From assembly GCA_044070495.1 (NCBI GenBank), contig JBIPSI010000002.1:201945-265944 (forward strand): DNA of 64,000 nt, written 5' to 3'. This document shows, piece after piece, positions 29,312-39,652 of this stretch (within the stretch, counting starts at the first letter, position 1; every line of letters begins with the position of its first letter). Origin of the DNA: Spirulina sp. (lineage in GTDB: Bacteria > Cyanobacteriota > Cyanobacteriia > Phormidesmidales > Phormidesmidaceae). Below the pieces are notes generated by a model, which was given only the letters and a program-made list of their open reading frames with translations, did no database searches and was not told the origin of the DNA. The position numbers were made by a program, and so were the translations under genes.

Positions 29312-30613
29312 CTAGGCGCTTTGTACCCGCTTTTTGGGGGCGGCTTGGCGCTGACCGTGGTTGGCTCCAGCGAAGGCTCCCACTTTGGCCGATCCCCTGG
29401 ATGAGGCACCGCTGGGGCGACGACCACCAGAACGGCGGCGGGGTTTTTCCACGGGTTCTACGGGCTTGGCTTTGATATCAAAGGAAGGCTCGTAGCCGGG
29501 GACGATGTCGCGGTCAATGGGTTGCTTTAGCATCCGCTCAATTTTGCTGAGCAGGTGCAGTTCGTCGTCGCTAATCAGCGAAACGGCCCGGCCTTCGTTG
29601 CCCGCCCGTCCGGTGCGGCCAATGCGGTGCACGTAGTCTTCCGCCACGTTGGGCAGTTCAAAGTTCACCACGTAGGGCAGTTGGTCGATGTCGATGCCGC
29701 GAGAGGCCACGTCGGTGGCCACCAGCACCCGCACCCGCCCGGTTTTGAAGTCTTGCAGCGCCTTGGCCCGCGCCGCCTGGGTTTTGTTGCCGTGGATGGC
29801 GGCGGTGCGGAGGCCGTCCTTGGCCAGTTGTTCCGCCAAACGGTTGGCCCCGTGCTTGGTGCGGGTAAAGACGAGCACCTGCTCCCAGTTGTGGAAGCCA
29901 ATCATGTGGGAGAGCAGTTCCCGCTTGCGGTGACGATCCACAGGGTGCACCACCTGCTCTACCCGCTCGGCGGTGGTGTTGCGGGGGGCTACTTCAATCT
30001 GCACAGGGTCATTCAACAACGTGTTGGCCAGTTGTTGGATAGGCCGGGAGAAGGTGGCCGAAAACATCAGGGTTTGGCGCGTTTCCGGCAGCAGGCCCAT
30101 GATTTTGCGGATGTCGTGGATGAAGCCCATATCGAGCATCCGATCACACTCGTCCAGCACCAGAATTTCCACATGGCTGAGGTCTACCGTGCGCTGGTTA
30201 ACGTGGTCTAGCAGCCGACCGGGGGTGGCAATCAGAATATCCACACCCTGGCGTAGTTGCTTGAACTGGGGGCCAATTTTCACGCCGCCGTAGACGATGG
30301 CGGTACGCAGGGGCAGGTATTTGCCGTAGGTTTTTACGCTGTCGCCCACCTGGGCCGCTAGTTCGCGGGTGGGGGTGAGGATAAGGGCGCGGGGGGTGCG
30401 ACGACCGTTGCCGGGGCTGGTGCTCAGGCGTTGCAGCAGGGGCAGGGTGAAGCTGGCGGTTTTGCCCGTTCCCGTTTGGGCACTGGCCATCAAATCTTGG
30501 CCTTGCAACACGGCGGGGATCGCCTGCTGCTGAATCGGGGTGGGTTCTGTATAGCCCTGATCCGCGACAGCACGAAGTAGTCCGGTTGAAAGACCGAGTG
30601 AGTCAAACGTCAT
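29312..30613 (-). CDS. rhlE: DEAD-box RNA helicase (RhlE/CrhC-like)
   Basis: Q-motif [23 protein letters not shown] variant of [17 protein letters not shown]. Confidence 0.9.
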   Translation of the reverse strand: MTFDSLGLSTGLLRAVADQGYTEPTPIQQQAIPAVLQGQDLMASAQTGTGKTASFTLPLLQRLSTSPGNGRRTPRALILTPTRELAAQVGDSVKTYGKYLPLRTAIVYGGVKIGPQFKQLRQGVDILIATPGRLLDHVNQRTVDLSHVEILVLDECDRMLDMGFIHDIRKIMGLLPETRQTLMFSATFSRPIQQLANTLLNDPVQIEVAPRNTTAERVEQVVHPVDRHRKRELLSHMIGFHNWEQVLVFTRTKHGANRLAEQLAKDGLRTAAIHGNKTQAARAKALQDFKTGRVRVLVATDVASRGIDIDQLPYVVNFELPNVAEDYVHRIGRTGRAGNEGRAVSLISDDELHLLSKIERMLKQPIDRDIVPGYEPSFDIKAKPVEPVEKPRRRSGGRRPSGASSRGSAKVGAFAGANHGQRQAAPKKRVQSA

Positions 30614-30911
30614 GAAAAATATGGCTCCGAGTGGTGCCCCTAATCCCAAAGTGATTCCCTGGGCCCAGCCTAAGAGCAGTGAACAGTGATCAGAAGAATG
30701 GCTAAATAACCTTGCGAATCTAGCAAATTCCGTTGGCCAGCACAGACCGGATGAACTGGCGAAGCTTTATCCTAACAGAGAATTGCGCCACCCGTGGAAA
30801 ATGAGGGCGGGAGCAGCCGAGGGATGTGGGCGGTAGGTCGTCCCATAGCAAGGGTTAACGCCTGCCAGGGATCATGCCAGTTATGCCACGAGGTGGCCCT
30901 GGGCGTTGCCC

Positions 30912-31442
30912 TTAGCCTTGGTCTGGGGAAACCGCAGCATTCATTCGGTCGATGGCGCGTTGGCCACCAAAGCGTTCGGCAATGATGTCATCGTAGGTGT
31001 CGGCAATGGTAACGACCGAGAGAATGCAGGTTTGCAGTTCCATCAGATCCATGTTTTCGCCACCCAAGACGCTTTCGGCAAAGAGCACCTGGTCAGCGTC
31101 ATCGAGGTGAAAGGCTCCGAACCTCATGCGGCGATTTTCTGTGAGCAAAAAGTGCATCAGATCTGGGCTGATGGTGCTGCCCACGGTGACGCAACTGGTG
31201 GCCCGCACCGTGGCCAGATCGGCCTTTTGCCAGGGGTGTACCTCCCAGGGCAGTACCTCAATTTCCACCAGGGTAGAGCCGTAGAGAATGTCGAATTTGG
31301 GCTGATCGCTGTAGGTACGAAGGCGATCTTTGAATAGGCTAGCGGATTGCAGGTAGTCCGCCACCTTGGTATAGGTGAGGGCCTGGACGGTGCTGGAAAA
31401 GGAAAGCGCCATGGGAAGGAAGTCGGGGTACGTGACCAGCAT
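30912..31442 (-). CDS. YbjN/CesT-like peptide-binding chaperone family protein
   Basis: YGSTLVEI..LMHFLLTEN..MRFGAF..IADTYDDII..FGG. Confidence 0.75.
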   Translation of the reverse strand: MLVTYPDFLPMALSFSSTVQALTYTKVADYLQSASLFKDRLRTYSDQPKFDILYGSTLVEIEVLPWEVHPWQKADLATVRATSCVTVGSTISPDLMHFLLTENRRMRFGAFHLDDADQVLFAESVLGGENMDLMELQTCILSVVTIADTYDDIIAERFGGQRAIDRMNAAVSPDQG

Positions 31443-31475
31443 ACCGATGCCGTGGGGCAGGGGCTACCGGGAGGA

Positions 31476-32264
31476 CTACATCACAAACATGCTGCCGTCG
31501 AGGGACTGAACGGCGTGGGCATCGGCGAACTGCTGGGGGCTTTCGTCGGATTCTAGGCGACCATCCACTAGGTTAATGATGCGGTCGGCCACGTCGAGGA
31601 TGCGGTTGTCGTGGGTGACCATGAGGATGGTGCAGTTTTCTTCCTTGGCAAGCTGCTGCATGATGGTGACGACATCGCGCCCAGATTTTTTGTCGAGGGC
31701 GGCGGTGGGTTCATCGGCCAGAATCAGTTGGGGATGGTTGACCAGGGCGCGGGCGATGGCTACCCGCTGCTTTTGTCCCCCGGAGAGGTTGGCGGGCTTG
31801 TAATCCACCCGATCCGCTAACCCAACTCGCGTTAGCATTTCCACCGCATTCTGGCGTTTTTGGCGCAGTTTTCCGGTCAATTCCACCGCCATTTCCACGT
31901 TTTGGGCGGCGGTGAGGGAGGCAAACAAATTGTGGGCCTGGAAAATAAAGCCAATGTTGCGGCGCACCTCCACCCGCTGCCGATTACCCAGCCCGTGTAG
32001 CTCTCGGCCCAGCACTTGCAGGCTACCCTGTTCCACTGTCCGCAGGGCACCGATCAACGTGAGCAACGTCGTTTTGCCGGAGCCGGAGGGGCCAGTCATA
32101 ATCACAATTTGCCCCCGATGTAGATCGAGGTTGATATCAAAAAGCGCCTGTTTGCGTAGATCGCCTTTGCCGAAGAAATAGTTCAGCCCCTGTACCCGCA
32201 CAGAAACATGATTAAGCTGGGATTCTGGATTAGGTGGGGACGTTGAATGTGAGGAATTACTCAT
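31476..32264 (-). CDS. devA: DevA family ABC exporter ATP-binding protein
   Basis: GPSGSGKTT, IGFIFQAHNL, LSGGQKQRVAIARAL, DEPT; ATGA overlap with upstream permease. Confidence 0.9.
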   Translation of the reverse strand: MSNSSHSTSPPNPESQLNHVSVRVQGLNYFFGKGDLRKQALFDINLDLHRGQIVIMTGPSGSGKTTLLTLIGALRTVEQGSLQVLGRELHGLGNRQRVEVRRNIGFIFQAHNLFASLTAAQNVEMAVELTGKLRQKRQNAVEMLTRVGLADRVDYKPANLSGGQKQRVAIARALVNHPQLILADEPTAALDKKSGRDVVTIMQQLAKEENCTILMVTHDNRILDVADRIINLVDGRLESDESPQQFADAHAVQSLDGSMFVM

Positions 32265-33433
32265 AGACCAAAGACCTCCGCTGGGTCGGCACGCTGCACT
32301 TTGCGAACGGCAATTAAACCAGACACTAAACACATCATAAAGGTCAGAATATAGAGATTAAGCACCCGCTCCACAGTCATTTGAAACACCAGACCCGTAA
32401 CCGTTGCGCCCAGGTTGTAGAAAATTCGGCTAATCAGAAATCCAGGGATAAAGCCAAATACTGACAAAATAATCGCTTCCTGAATGACCACGCCCATGAG
32501 ATAGCGATTAGTGTAGCCGATGGCTTTTAGGGTGGCATATTCCGACCAGTGATCGGCCACGTCGGTATAGAGAATTTGGTACACCAAAATAATTCCCACC
32601 ACAAAGCCCATGGCCGTTAGCAGGGAAAACACAAAACCAATATTGGTGTTTTGTTCCCAATAAAGGCGTTCTCGCATGATGAAGCCTTCTGGCCCATCTC
32701 TAGGCAAAATCAAAATATCCTGGGGTAGGTTCTCTCGTAGGGATTTCACTAGGGCATCAATATCGGTACCTGGTGTGGTGTGTAAAAGGCCAATATCGGC
32801 GGTGGCAAAACTGCGCTCGGCTTCCTCTGGCCCTCGGTTGGCAAAAAAGCGTAGAAAATTCTGATCGCTCATAATCAAATTACCGTTGCCCGCCGCAAAG
32901 TCTGTCCCCAGGCTAAAGGTGCCCACAATGCGAATTTCTCGATCCGCCAGTTCTGTAATTACCCCGGCTTCCCGTGGCCCTAGTTCGGCCCTAGCACGGC
33001 TATCAATCAGAGCGGTGTTGGGCATGGTTAAGGCTTCCCGGTGGGCCAACACGTCGGGCAATAGCAGCACCGGATCGGCAGGATTATAGGCAATCACCCT
33101 CACAGGGCGAGTCTTACGGGTTTCGGGATTTTTCCAGCGGGCCTCGCTGGTGTAGATGGCGTAGGCTCCTTCCACCCCATCAAAGGCTTGGGCCTGATAG
33201 AGCCGGCGACGGGCAAAGGGCCGAGGCACAAACATATTTTCCTTCAGCCGATTGATGATAACGATGTCGCCGTTTAGCTCTTTCAAAAATTGGGTTTGGC
33301 TGTCGTAAAGGGCATTTTTAAACCCGTTAAATAGAAACATTAACAACACCGCAAAGGCTACCCCCGCCACGGAGGTCGCAAACTTTTTGCGGTCGTGGGT
33401 GAGATTCAGTAGGGCTAGCGGGGTGGGGAACAT
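32261..33433 (-). CDS. devC: DevC family ABC exporter permease (second copy)
   Basis: GVAFAVLLMF, RRRLYQA, GNLIMSDQNF, YQILYTDV, EYATLKAIGY, ADPAEVF. Confidence 0.9.
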   Translation of the reverse strand: MFPTPLALLNLTHDRKKFATSVAGVAFAVLLMFLFNGFKNALYDSQTQFLKELNGDIVIINRLKENMFVPRPFARRRLYQAQAFDGVEGAYAIYTSEARWKNPETRKTRPVRVIAYNPADPVLLLPDVLAHREALTMPNTALIDSRARAELGPREAGVITELADREIRIVGTFSLGTDFAAGNGNLIMSDQNFLRFFANRGPEEAERSFATADIGLLHTTPGTDIDALVKSLRENLPQDILILPRDGPEGFIMRERLYWEQNTNIGFVFSLLTAMGFVVGIILVYQILYTDVADHWSEYATLKAIGYTNRYLMGVVIQEAIILSVFGFIPGFLISRIFYNLGATVTGLVFQMTVERVLNLYILTFMMCLVSGLIAVRKVQRADPAEVFGL

Positions 33434-33435
33434 GG

Positions 33436-34641
33436 TTAGGCGAAGACCTCAGCGGGGTCGGCGGTGACGGCTTTGCGAACGGAAATCAGGCCAGAAATCG
33501 CACACATCACCACAGTGAGGGAGAAGACCAGAATGAGCCGTGAAACGGTCATTTCCATGGGTAGGGTGCCAGCAGTGGCACGGGTGGCCATTTCATAGAG
33601 GGCGAGGGACAAAATTAGTCCCGGTACATAGCCCATGACGGCCAAAATAATCGCTTCTTGGATCACAGTTTTGAACAAATAACCACCGCTGTAGCCGATG
33701 GCTTTGAGGGTGGCATATTCCCGCAAATGTTCGTGAATATCGGTATACAAAATTTGGTAGACAATTACCGTGCCCACTACGAAGGAAATCAATACCCCCA
33801 GGCCAAAAATGAAGCCGATGGAGGTAGTTTGAATCCAAAAACGGCTTTCTTTGAGGATAATTTCGGGCTTGGTGTAGGCCTCTACATCGGCGGGCAAACG
33901 CTCCATGATGGCCTGCTTCACCCGCTGGGGATCGGCCCCCGGTTCGAGCAGCACCAGGCCCATATTCACCTGGTCGAGGGGGCGGGGGGAAAAGTAGCGC
34001 AGGAAATTCTGGTCGCTCATGATCAGAGTGCCATCGGCGGCAAAGCCTCCACCCAGGTCGTACTGGCCGACGATGGTGATGCGGCGACGGTCGGTTTCGG
34101 TTTCTAGGCCGATAGTTTGAGGGCCAAATTCGGGGCGAGACAGCCGATCAATGAAGGTGGAATTGGGTATTTCCAGGGCGCGGCGTCCCTCTGGGGTGTT
34201 GAGTTCCGGCATTAAAAATACTGGATCCGTAGGATTAATTGCATAGACAAATAGGGCGCGACTAATCTTGGTTTCGGGATTTTTCCAGAGGGAATATTCC
34301 ATATACAACGGCATCACCCGATCCACGCCCTCAATGCCCGCCGCCTGGTAGAGTCGTTCGCGGGGGAAGGCTTTGGTGGTGCTAATTTCCAAAGATTGGG
34401 GCGACATCAGCACAATATCGGCATTGAACTGGTCGTAAAAATTAGAGGTGGTGTTCACCAAGGCTCCCAAAAAGCCCAGGTTCATGAACATCAGCAGCAC
34501 CGCAAAGGTGACCCCCGCCACCGCCACAAACAGCCGCGCCCGATCATGCCTCAGGTTATACCAGGCCAGGGGAATGCGCCGAGGGGGCGACAATCCAGGG
34601 CCATTGACTGGGGATAGCTTGGCTTTGTACTTTTGGGGCAT
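33436..34641 (-). CDS. devC: DevC family ABC exporter permease (first copy)
   Basis: PLAWYNL, GVTFAVLLMFM, RERLYQA, GFAADG, EYATLKAIGY; upstream ORF extension runs through a REP and is probably non-coding. Confidence 0.9.
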   Translation of the reverse strand: MPQKYKAKLSPVNGPGLSPPRRIPLAWYNLRHDRARLFVAVAGVTFAVLLMFMNLGFLGALVNTTSNFYDQFNADIVLMSPQSLEISTTKAFPRERLYQAAGIEGVDRVMPLYMEYSLWKNPETKISRALFVYAINPTDPVFLMPELNTPEGRRALEIPNSTFIDRLSRPEFGPQTIGLETETDRRRITIVGQYDLGGGFAADGTLIMSDQNFLRYFSPRPLDQVNMGLVLLEPGADPQRVKQAIMERLPADVEAYTKPEIILKESRFWIQTTSIGFIFGLGVLISFVVGTVIVYQILYTDIHEHLREYATLKAIGYSGGYLFKTVIQEAIILAVMGYVPGLILSLALYEMATRATAGTLPMEMTVSRLILVFSLTVVMCAISGLISVRKAVTADPAEVFA

Positions 34642-34702
34642 AGGGCCAACGATGGTACAAGGTTTTGCAGAGCCGTAGCGATTATCTTCTTTGTCAAGAG
34701 CC

Positions 34703-34723
34703 GTAGGGTGGGCAGTGCCCACC
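34703..34723 (+). repeat. GTAG-type REP-like palindrome between devB and devC
   Basis: GTAGGGTGGGCAGTGCCCACC. Confidence 0.75.
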
Positions 34724-34783
34724 ATCTCCATCTCACCGGATTCAGATACAGCCAAGCTGGCCGTACTCCTCTGAGGCCGTCAC

Positions 34784-35953
34784 CTACTCAAGATCTATCG
34801 CAACATCGACCTGAAGGTTGGTGAGGGCGGCGACCACCTCGCTTTGGTCAATGCGGACGCGCACTTCCACCACACGGGCATCGGCGTTGGCGGCGGGGTC
34901 GTCGTCAATCACGTCGTTTTTGGCAATTTGTAGGCCAATTTCCTCTACGGTTCCGGTCAGGGTGCCAGGGAAAGCTCCGTTGCGGCTGGTGATGGTGGCG
35001 GGCTGGCCTAGCTTGACGCGACCAATGTCGGTTTCGTAGACCTCGGAAACCACATACATTTGGCGAGTATCCCCCAAGGACAGAATCGGCCCACTGCCCG
35101 GAGACACCGCCTCTCCAGGGTAGGCCAGCACGTCCAACACCTGCCCTGCCTGGGGGGAACGCACCAGGGTTAGGGCCAGTTGGGCCTCCGCTAGGGCCAG
35201 GGATTGGGCGGCAGAATCCACCCGACTTTGCAGTTGGGCCAGGGTGTTGTTGGCCTGCACGGCGGCCAGTTGGGCCTCGGCGTTGGTGATATCGCTCACG
35301 CGGGCCTGTTCTAGGCGCTGCTGGGTGGCCTTGGCGTTGGCGACATCGGCACGAAGCCTGTTCACCGTGGCCTGCTGACGGTCGAGTTCTTGACGGGCGA
35401 TGGCCCCCGAACTGTGCAACTGCTGGAATCGGGCTAGGTCAATTTCCGCCACATTCAACTGGGCCTGAAGGCTTTGCACCGCCGCCACCTGGGCCGCAAT
35501 GGCCGACTGTTGAGGCTCATCCACCTGACCTAGGCGAGTTGTGGCCTCCTGTACCTGGGCTTGGCCAAGATTGCGTTGAGCCGCGAGCTGGGCCTGGGCT
35601 TCCGCCAGTTGACTAGCGGCCAAATCCCGTTCGGCCTGCCGCACCGCATAGCGATCTAGGTAGGCCAAAATCTGCCCTTCCTCCACTCGGTCGCCCTTGG
35701 CCACTGTCAGCCGATCAATCCGGCCTGCCTCGGAGGCCGACACCTGCACCACTCGACTGGCTGGCTCAATCCGCCCCAAGGCCACCACCTGTACCTGGCG
35801 AGGGGGCGGTAACGCGGCCTGCTCCTCGGCCAGTCGCCGCGCCTCTAGCTGCTGGCGCACCACTAGGGTAGACCCGACCCCCACCAGCACCAGGGCACCT
35901 AGGGCCACCCAAAGACCGGGCTTTTTCCAAAAGTCAGAGGACTGAATCGTCAT
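34784..35953 (-). CDS. devB: DevB family (HlyD-like) membrane fusion protein
   Basis: VVALGRIEP, coiled coil, EVYETDI, DPAANADARVVEV, TNLQVDV. Confidence 0.9.
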   Translation of the reverse strand: MTIQSSDFWKKPGLWVALGALVLVGVGSTLVVRQQLEARRLAEEQAALPPPRQVQVVALGRIEPASRVVQVSASEAGRIDRLTVAKGDRVEEGQILAYLDRYAVRQAERDLAASQLAEAQAQLAAQRNLGQAQVQEATTRLGQVDEPQQSAIAAQVAAVQSLQAQLNVAEIDLARFQQLHSSGAIARQELDRQQATVNRLRADVANAKATQQRLEQARVSDITNAEAQLAAVQANNTLAQLQSRVDSAAQSLALAEAQLALTLVRSPQAGQVLDVLAYPGEAVSPGSGPILSLGDTRQMYVVSEVYETDIGRVKLGQPATITSRNGAFPGTLTGTVEEIGLQIAKNDVIDDDPAANADARVVEVRVRIDQSEVVAALTNLQVDVAIDLE

Positions 35954-36077
35954 ACAACATGAGGGCTACGGCGATGAAGGGGATCCCTAGTCCCTTCAAA
36001 TTTAACTGAACGGTGTAGTGTGGTCAATCAACGCAATGGAACGTAACTGGCCAGAATTAGGAGCGGATTAGGAGCGT

Positions 36078-36287
36078 CTAACGATAAACGTCGGCATCCT
36101 CAGCGTCTTCGTAGGGTTCGGCGTCGCTGAGTTTGGCCTCATCGGGTTTGGCGCTATTGATTTCTTCCTTAAAGCCCTTGAGGGTTTTGCCCAAGGCTCC
36201 TCCGAGTTGGGGAATTTTCTTCGGCCCAAAAATGAGCAGCGCAACGCCAATCACAATCGCAACCTCAGGCCAACCTAGATTAAACAT
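36078..36287 (-). CDS. tatA: Twin-arginine translocase TatA/E subunit
   Basis: LGWPEV..ALLIFGPKKIPQLGGALGKTLKGFKEE. Confidence 0.93.
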   Translation of the reverse strand: MFNLGWPEVAIVIGVALLIFGPKKIPQLGGALGKTLKGFKEEINSAKPDEAKLSDAEPYEDAEDADVYR

Positions 36288-36592
36288 GGCGATAGCAGTA
36301 AGTGGACATCCCTGTGAGACCGGGGTTGTGGGTCAAACATCCTGTGATGCTAACCGATCCCACGCCTAGGACGGCATTGTCCCACGATCCCCCCAGACAT
36401 TCCTAGCCCCTGGCTCATCCTAGGCGGTGGTGACCGGGGGAGCCAGAGACTAGAAGTCCCTGGCTCAATGCAGAAATCCTCTAAAGAGGATCGGGGCCTA
36501 GGGTACTTCCCGTAGAGGATGCGTCCCAACTCCCACCTGTCCCTTGACCGCCTCAGCCGTTATCCTGGTTAGCAGACACCCGATGGCCGACG

Positions 36593-38446
36593 ATGACTTC
36601 ACCCTACCAAGCGCTGATTGATCAACTGGTGACGGATACCCTGAAGGGCAAGATTCAGTCTAAGCAGCAGGTCTATCGGCGGTTGCAGCAGGGGCTAGAA
36701 CCGGGCAGTGGCGAACTGTTTGAGCGGGCCTTGGCTAGCACCCTGGCTCAGGTGGAAAAAGGGCTGGCGGAGGAGGATGAATTCAAGCAGGCCAAGGCCC
36801 AACGGCAGCAGCGGGCGCTGAAGATGATCGAAGCCGAGTGGCAGCGCTGGCAGGCGGATAACCAGGCCACGGCGGTTTTAACCGGGGTGGCGGCGGAATT
36901 GGTGCAGGGCGATGCGGCGGATCGGTTGACGACCCTGCTAACGGCCTTAGACCCCAATCAGGCCCAACCGTTGGATCGCGAACAGATCAGTCAACTGGCC
37001 AAAACCCTGCACCAATCCGCACCATCCGCAGCGACGGAAGCCGACACCCAGGCAGGCCCATCCCTAGCGGATTTGGCCCAAGGGCTAGAGCAGGGTCTCG
37101 CCACCTGGCAGGGCTTGGAAACCGAGGTGGTGGGCTGGATTTTTGCTACGGGTCGATCCACCCTGGGCTTTGGCAATGCGGGGGAAACCCAAGGCCCATG
37201 GGCGTTTTGGGGAAAGAAAACTCAGCTTTCCTCCCTGCGGTATCTCTTTGAAGACCTGGCCCTAAATCAAAGCGTTACCGCCGCCGGATTGTCTACGCCC
37301 CTGCTCACCGCCGATTGGGTGGCCTGGGTGGTGGTGCTGCAACGGCTTCAGCGGGCCTTGGTGAACTGGTTTGACCAACAACCCTACGACCCCAAGGCAG
37401 GTAAGCGCCTCTCCATCGCCACCTTTTTGACCTTTGCGGTGGTGTGGAGCCAAATTGCCAACCGTTTGGGCCAACTGGGGCAGGTTTCCCTCGCCCAGGG
37501 CAGTTTTCAGGTGTTGCTGCAAGGATTGCGCCAGTTCGCCAACCAGCCCTACTTTCCCCTCTACGGCGGCCTGTTTACGGCCCTCTCTGGGGAACCCCTG
37601 CGAACCTTGCTGGACTACCTGGATCAACCCCTTCAGCAGGTGCCCAACACGGCAACCAAGGGCCGCATCCTAACGCTGCTGGGCTATTCCCAACGGGCCA
37701 TGGGCAACTACGCCCAGGCGGAAGCTTTCCATGACCAGGCCCTTGCCATTGCCCGCGAAGCCCAGGATAGCGTCTGTGAAATTGCCAGCCTCAACCACCT
37801 CAGCCGCACCGCCGTAGCCCAGCAAGACTACGACACCGCCCTCGGCCACAGCCAACGCGCCTTAATTTTGGCCCGCCAGCAGGGGGACACCCTCGGCCAA
37901 GCCAACGCCCTGGCGAATTTGGGCTACAGCCAGGTGGCCCAGGGGCAAGATCAACTGTTGGAACCCGAACAGTATGAGGCCGTCCTCAGCTACCTAGAAC
38001 AAGGCGTCACCCTCTCGGCCCAGGTGGGAGATCGGCCCAGCCAAGCCCTATGTGCCAACAGTTTGGGGATTGCCCAACTCAAACTTGGCCAGTACGAAGC
38101 GGCTATCGCCGCCCTCACCGATGGGTTGCAGGTCGCCCAGGCCATTGGCGACCGATTTTTAGTGGCCTCCAACTTGGCCCACCTCGCCGCCGCCCATCAG
38201 GGGGCCGGAACCCTCGACCAGGCCATCCTCACGGGCAGCTTGGCCATGTACTTGTTCGACCAAATCGGCTCCGACGACTGGCGACAACCCGCCGCCCTGC
38301 TCAGCATCCTCTACGGTCAGCTTGGGCCAGAATCCTTCCAAACCATCCTGCAAAGCCACCGTCCCCAGTTCCTCGCCAGCATTGGGGTGGATGGCTACGA
38401 TTACCTCATTCCCCTACTCACCCGCTATCGAGAAGCTTTGGGCTAA
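36593..38446 (+). CDS. Tetratricopeptide repeat protein (conserved cyanobacterial type)
   Basis: N-terminal TLKGKIQSKQQVY..GELFER; C-terminal TPRs (ASLNHLS, ANALANLG, ANSLGIA). Confidence 0.85.
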   Translation: MTSPYQALIDQLVTDTLKGKIQSKQQVYRRLQQGLEPGSGELFERALASTLAQVEKGLAEEDEFKQAKAQRQQRALKMIEAEWQRWQADNQATAVLTGVAAELVQGDAADRLTTLLTALDPNQAQPLDREQISQLAKTLHQSAPSAATEADTQAGPSLADLAQGLEQGLATWQGLETEVVGWIFATGRSTLGFGNAGETQGPWAFWGKKTQLSSLRYLFEDLALNQSVTAAGLSTPLLTADWVAWVVVLQRLQRALVNWFDQQPYDPKAGKRLSIATFLTFAVVWSQIANRLGQLGQVSLAQGSFQVLLQGLRQFANQPYFPLYGGLFTALSGEPLRTLLDYLDQPLQQVPNTATKGRILTLLGYSQRAMGNYAQAEAFHDQALAIAREAQDSVCEIASLNHLSRTAVAQQDYDTALGHSQRALILARQQGDTLGQANALANLGYSQVAQGQDQLLEPEQYEAVLSYLEQGVTLSAQVGDRPSQALCANSLGIAQLKLGQYEAAIAALTDGLQVAQAIGDRFLVASNLAHLAAAHQGAGTLDQAILTGSLAMYLFDQIGSDDWRQPAALLSILYGQLGPESFQTILQSHRPQFLASIGVDGYDYLIPLLTRYREALG

Positions 38447-38467
38447 AACGATACGCAGAGTAGGTAG

Positions 38468-38602
38468 GCTGATGCAGCAGGAAACACTCACTACCTCAAA
38501 CAAATTGAGGAGTTTGGCAATAGATGGCTACGAGTGGTTGTTAACCCCATAGCAGATCCCCAACGGGTGATTACTCTATTTTTTGACAGGAGAGGTCAAT
38601 GA
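38468..38602 (+). pseudogene. 5'-truncated DUF4258-like toxin remnant
   Basis: reads ..GNTHYLKQIEEFGNRWLRVVVNPIADPQRVITLFFDRRGQ*, in-frame TAG just upstream, ATGA overlap with the DUF2283 gene. Confidence 0.65.
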
Positions 38603-38796
38603 AATTAGTCGTGCATAAAGAAGATGATGCCTTGTATTTACGACTAGATGACTCTGAAATTATTGAATCTGAGGAAGTCAGCGAAGGTATCATACTCGAC
38701 TACAATGCTGACGGGAAAATTGTTGGCATTGAAGTGTTATATATTAGCCAGCGCAGCCCGAACTCTTTACATCAAATTTTGCTAGAAACAACCTGA
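38599..38796 (+). CDS. DUF2283 domain protein (putative antitoxin)
   Basis: DALYLRL..IIESEEVSEGIILDY..GKIVGIEVL. Confidence 0.88.
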   Translation: MKLVVHKEDDALYLRLDDSEIIESEEVSEGIILDYNADGKIVGIEVLYISQRSPNSLHQILLETT

Positions 38797-38853
38797 TATT
38801 GCTCTATTGTTCAACCGCTAAAGACAGCCTAGAGCCATTGTTGGAAGAGATAT

Positions 38854-39468
38854 CTAGAGATTGCCGATTCGATCCAGGTCATCAGGGGTGTTGAGGTTCA
38901 CTAACCAGGCCGGATCAACCTGAGGAATTGCAGCGACGGACTGCTGATTGAGCCATCCCTGAAACGAGCGTTTTCCGGTTGCTAAATAGGCTTGCCAACT
39001 GGCCCCGCAGGCAACCCGATAAAACCCACACAGTGGTTCCCAGCGATCCTGAAGTTGCGGCAGATAAGCCATCATCGATGGGGGTAAATCATCTAAATGG
39101 CTCGCCCATTCCCTCAGCGCAGCCTCGTCCAGGTTCGGCAAATCGCAGGCCAACGCCAACACCCAGGCCGCAGCAGATTCAGCATCCTCCGCTAGCACAG
39201 ATACCACCTGCGCCAACGCCACCAGGGGGCCGGGACGCCTGCCATCGGGCGCTAAATTGGGGGATTCTGGCCAAATTTCAATCGTTTCTGGTAATAACGG
39301 ACAATACCGATCCCCCCAGGGCGTCACCACATAAACCCGATTCGCACAACCCAACGCCACCCGACAAGTCCGCTGAATCAGCACCTCATCTCCGCACGGA
39401 ATTAGCGCCTTATCCCTTCCCATGCGGCGGCTTTGTCCTCCGGCTAATACGAATCCAGTAATGTTCAA
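38854..39468 (-). CDS. mobA: Molybdenum cofactor guanylyltransferase
   Basis: VLAGGQSRRMGRDKAL, GPL, LACDLP, WEPLCGFY, NLNTPDD; TTG start. Confidence 0.9.
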   Translation of the reverse strand: MNITGFVLAGGQSRRMGRDKALIPCGDEVLIQRTCRVALGCANRVYVVTPWGDRYCPLLPETIEIWPESPNLAPDGRRPGPLVALAQVVSVLAEDAESAAAWVLALACDLPNLDEAALREWASHLDDLPPSMMAYLPQLQDRWEPLCGFYRVACGASWQAYLATGKRSFQGWLNQQSVAAIPQVDPAWLVNLNTPDDLDRIGNL

Positions 39469-39472
39469 TGTT

Positions 39473-39615
39473 GTTATTGGTTATTTGTTAATCGTTATTG
39501 GTTATTTGTTAATCGTTATTGGTTATTTGTTAATCGTTATTGGTTATTTGTTAATCGTTATTGGTTATTTGTTAATCGTTATTGGTTATTTGTTAATCGT
39601 TATTGGTTATTTGTT
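39473..39615 (+). repeat. Tandem 21-bp repeat GTTATTGGTTATTTGTTAATC (6 full + 1 partial; three heptamer variants, STRR-like)
   Basis: read directly from the sequence. Confidence 0.95.
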
Positions 39616-39652
39616 GAGGGAAAAAGTGTCCCTGACCTCTAATAATCCAGAG

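Noticed and set aside
34642..34755. N-terminal extension of the first DevC
   Set aside because: Passes through a REP (MVGTAHPT is the repeat's translation); start placed at 34641
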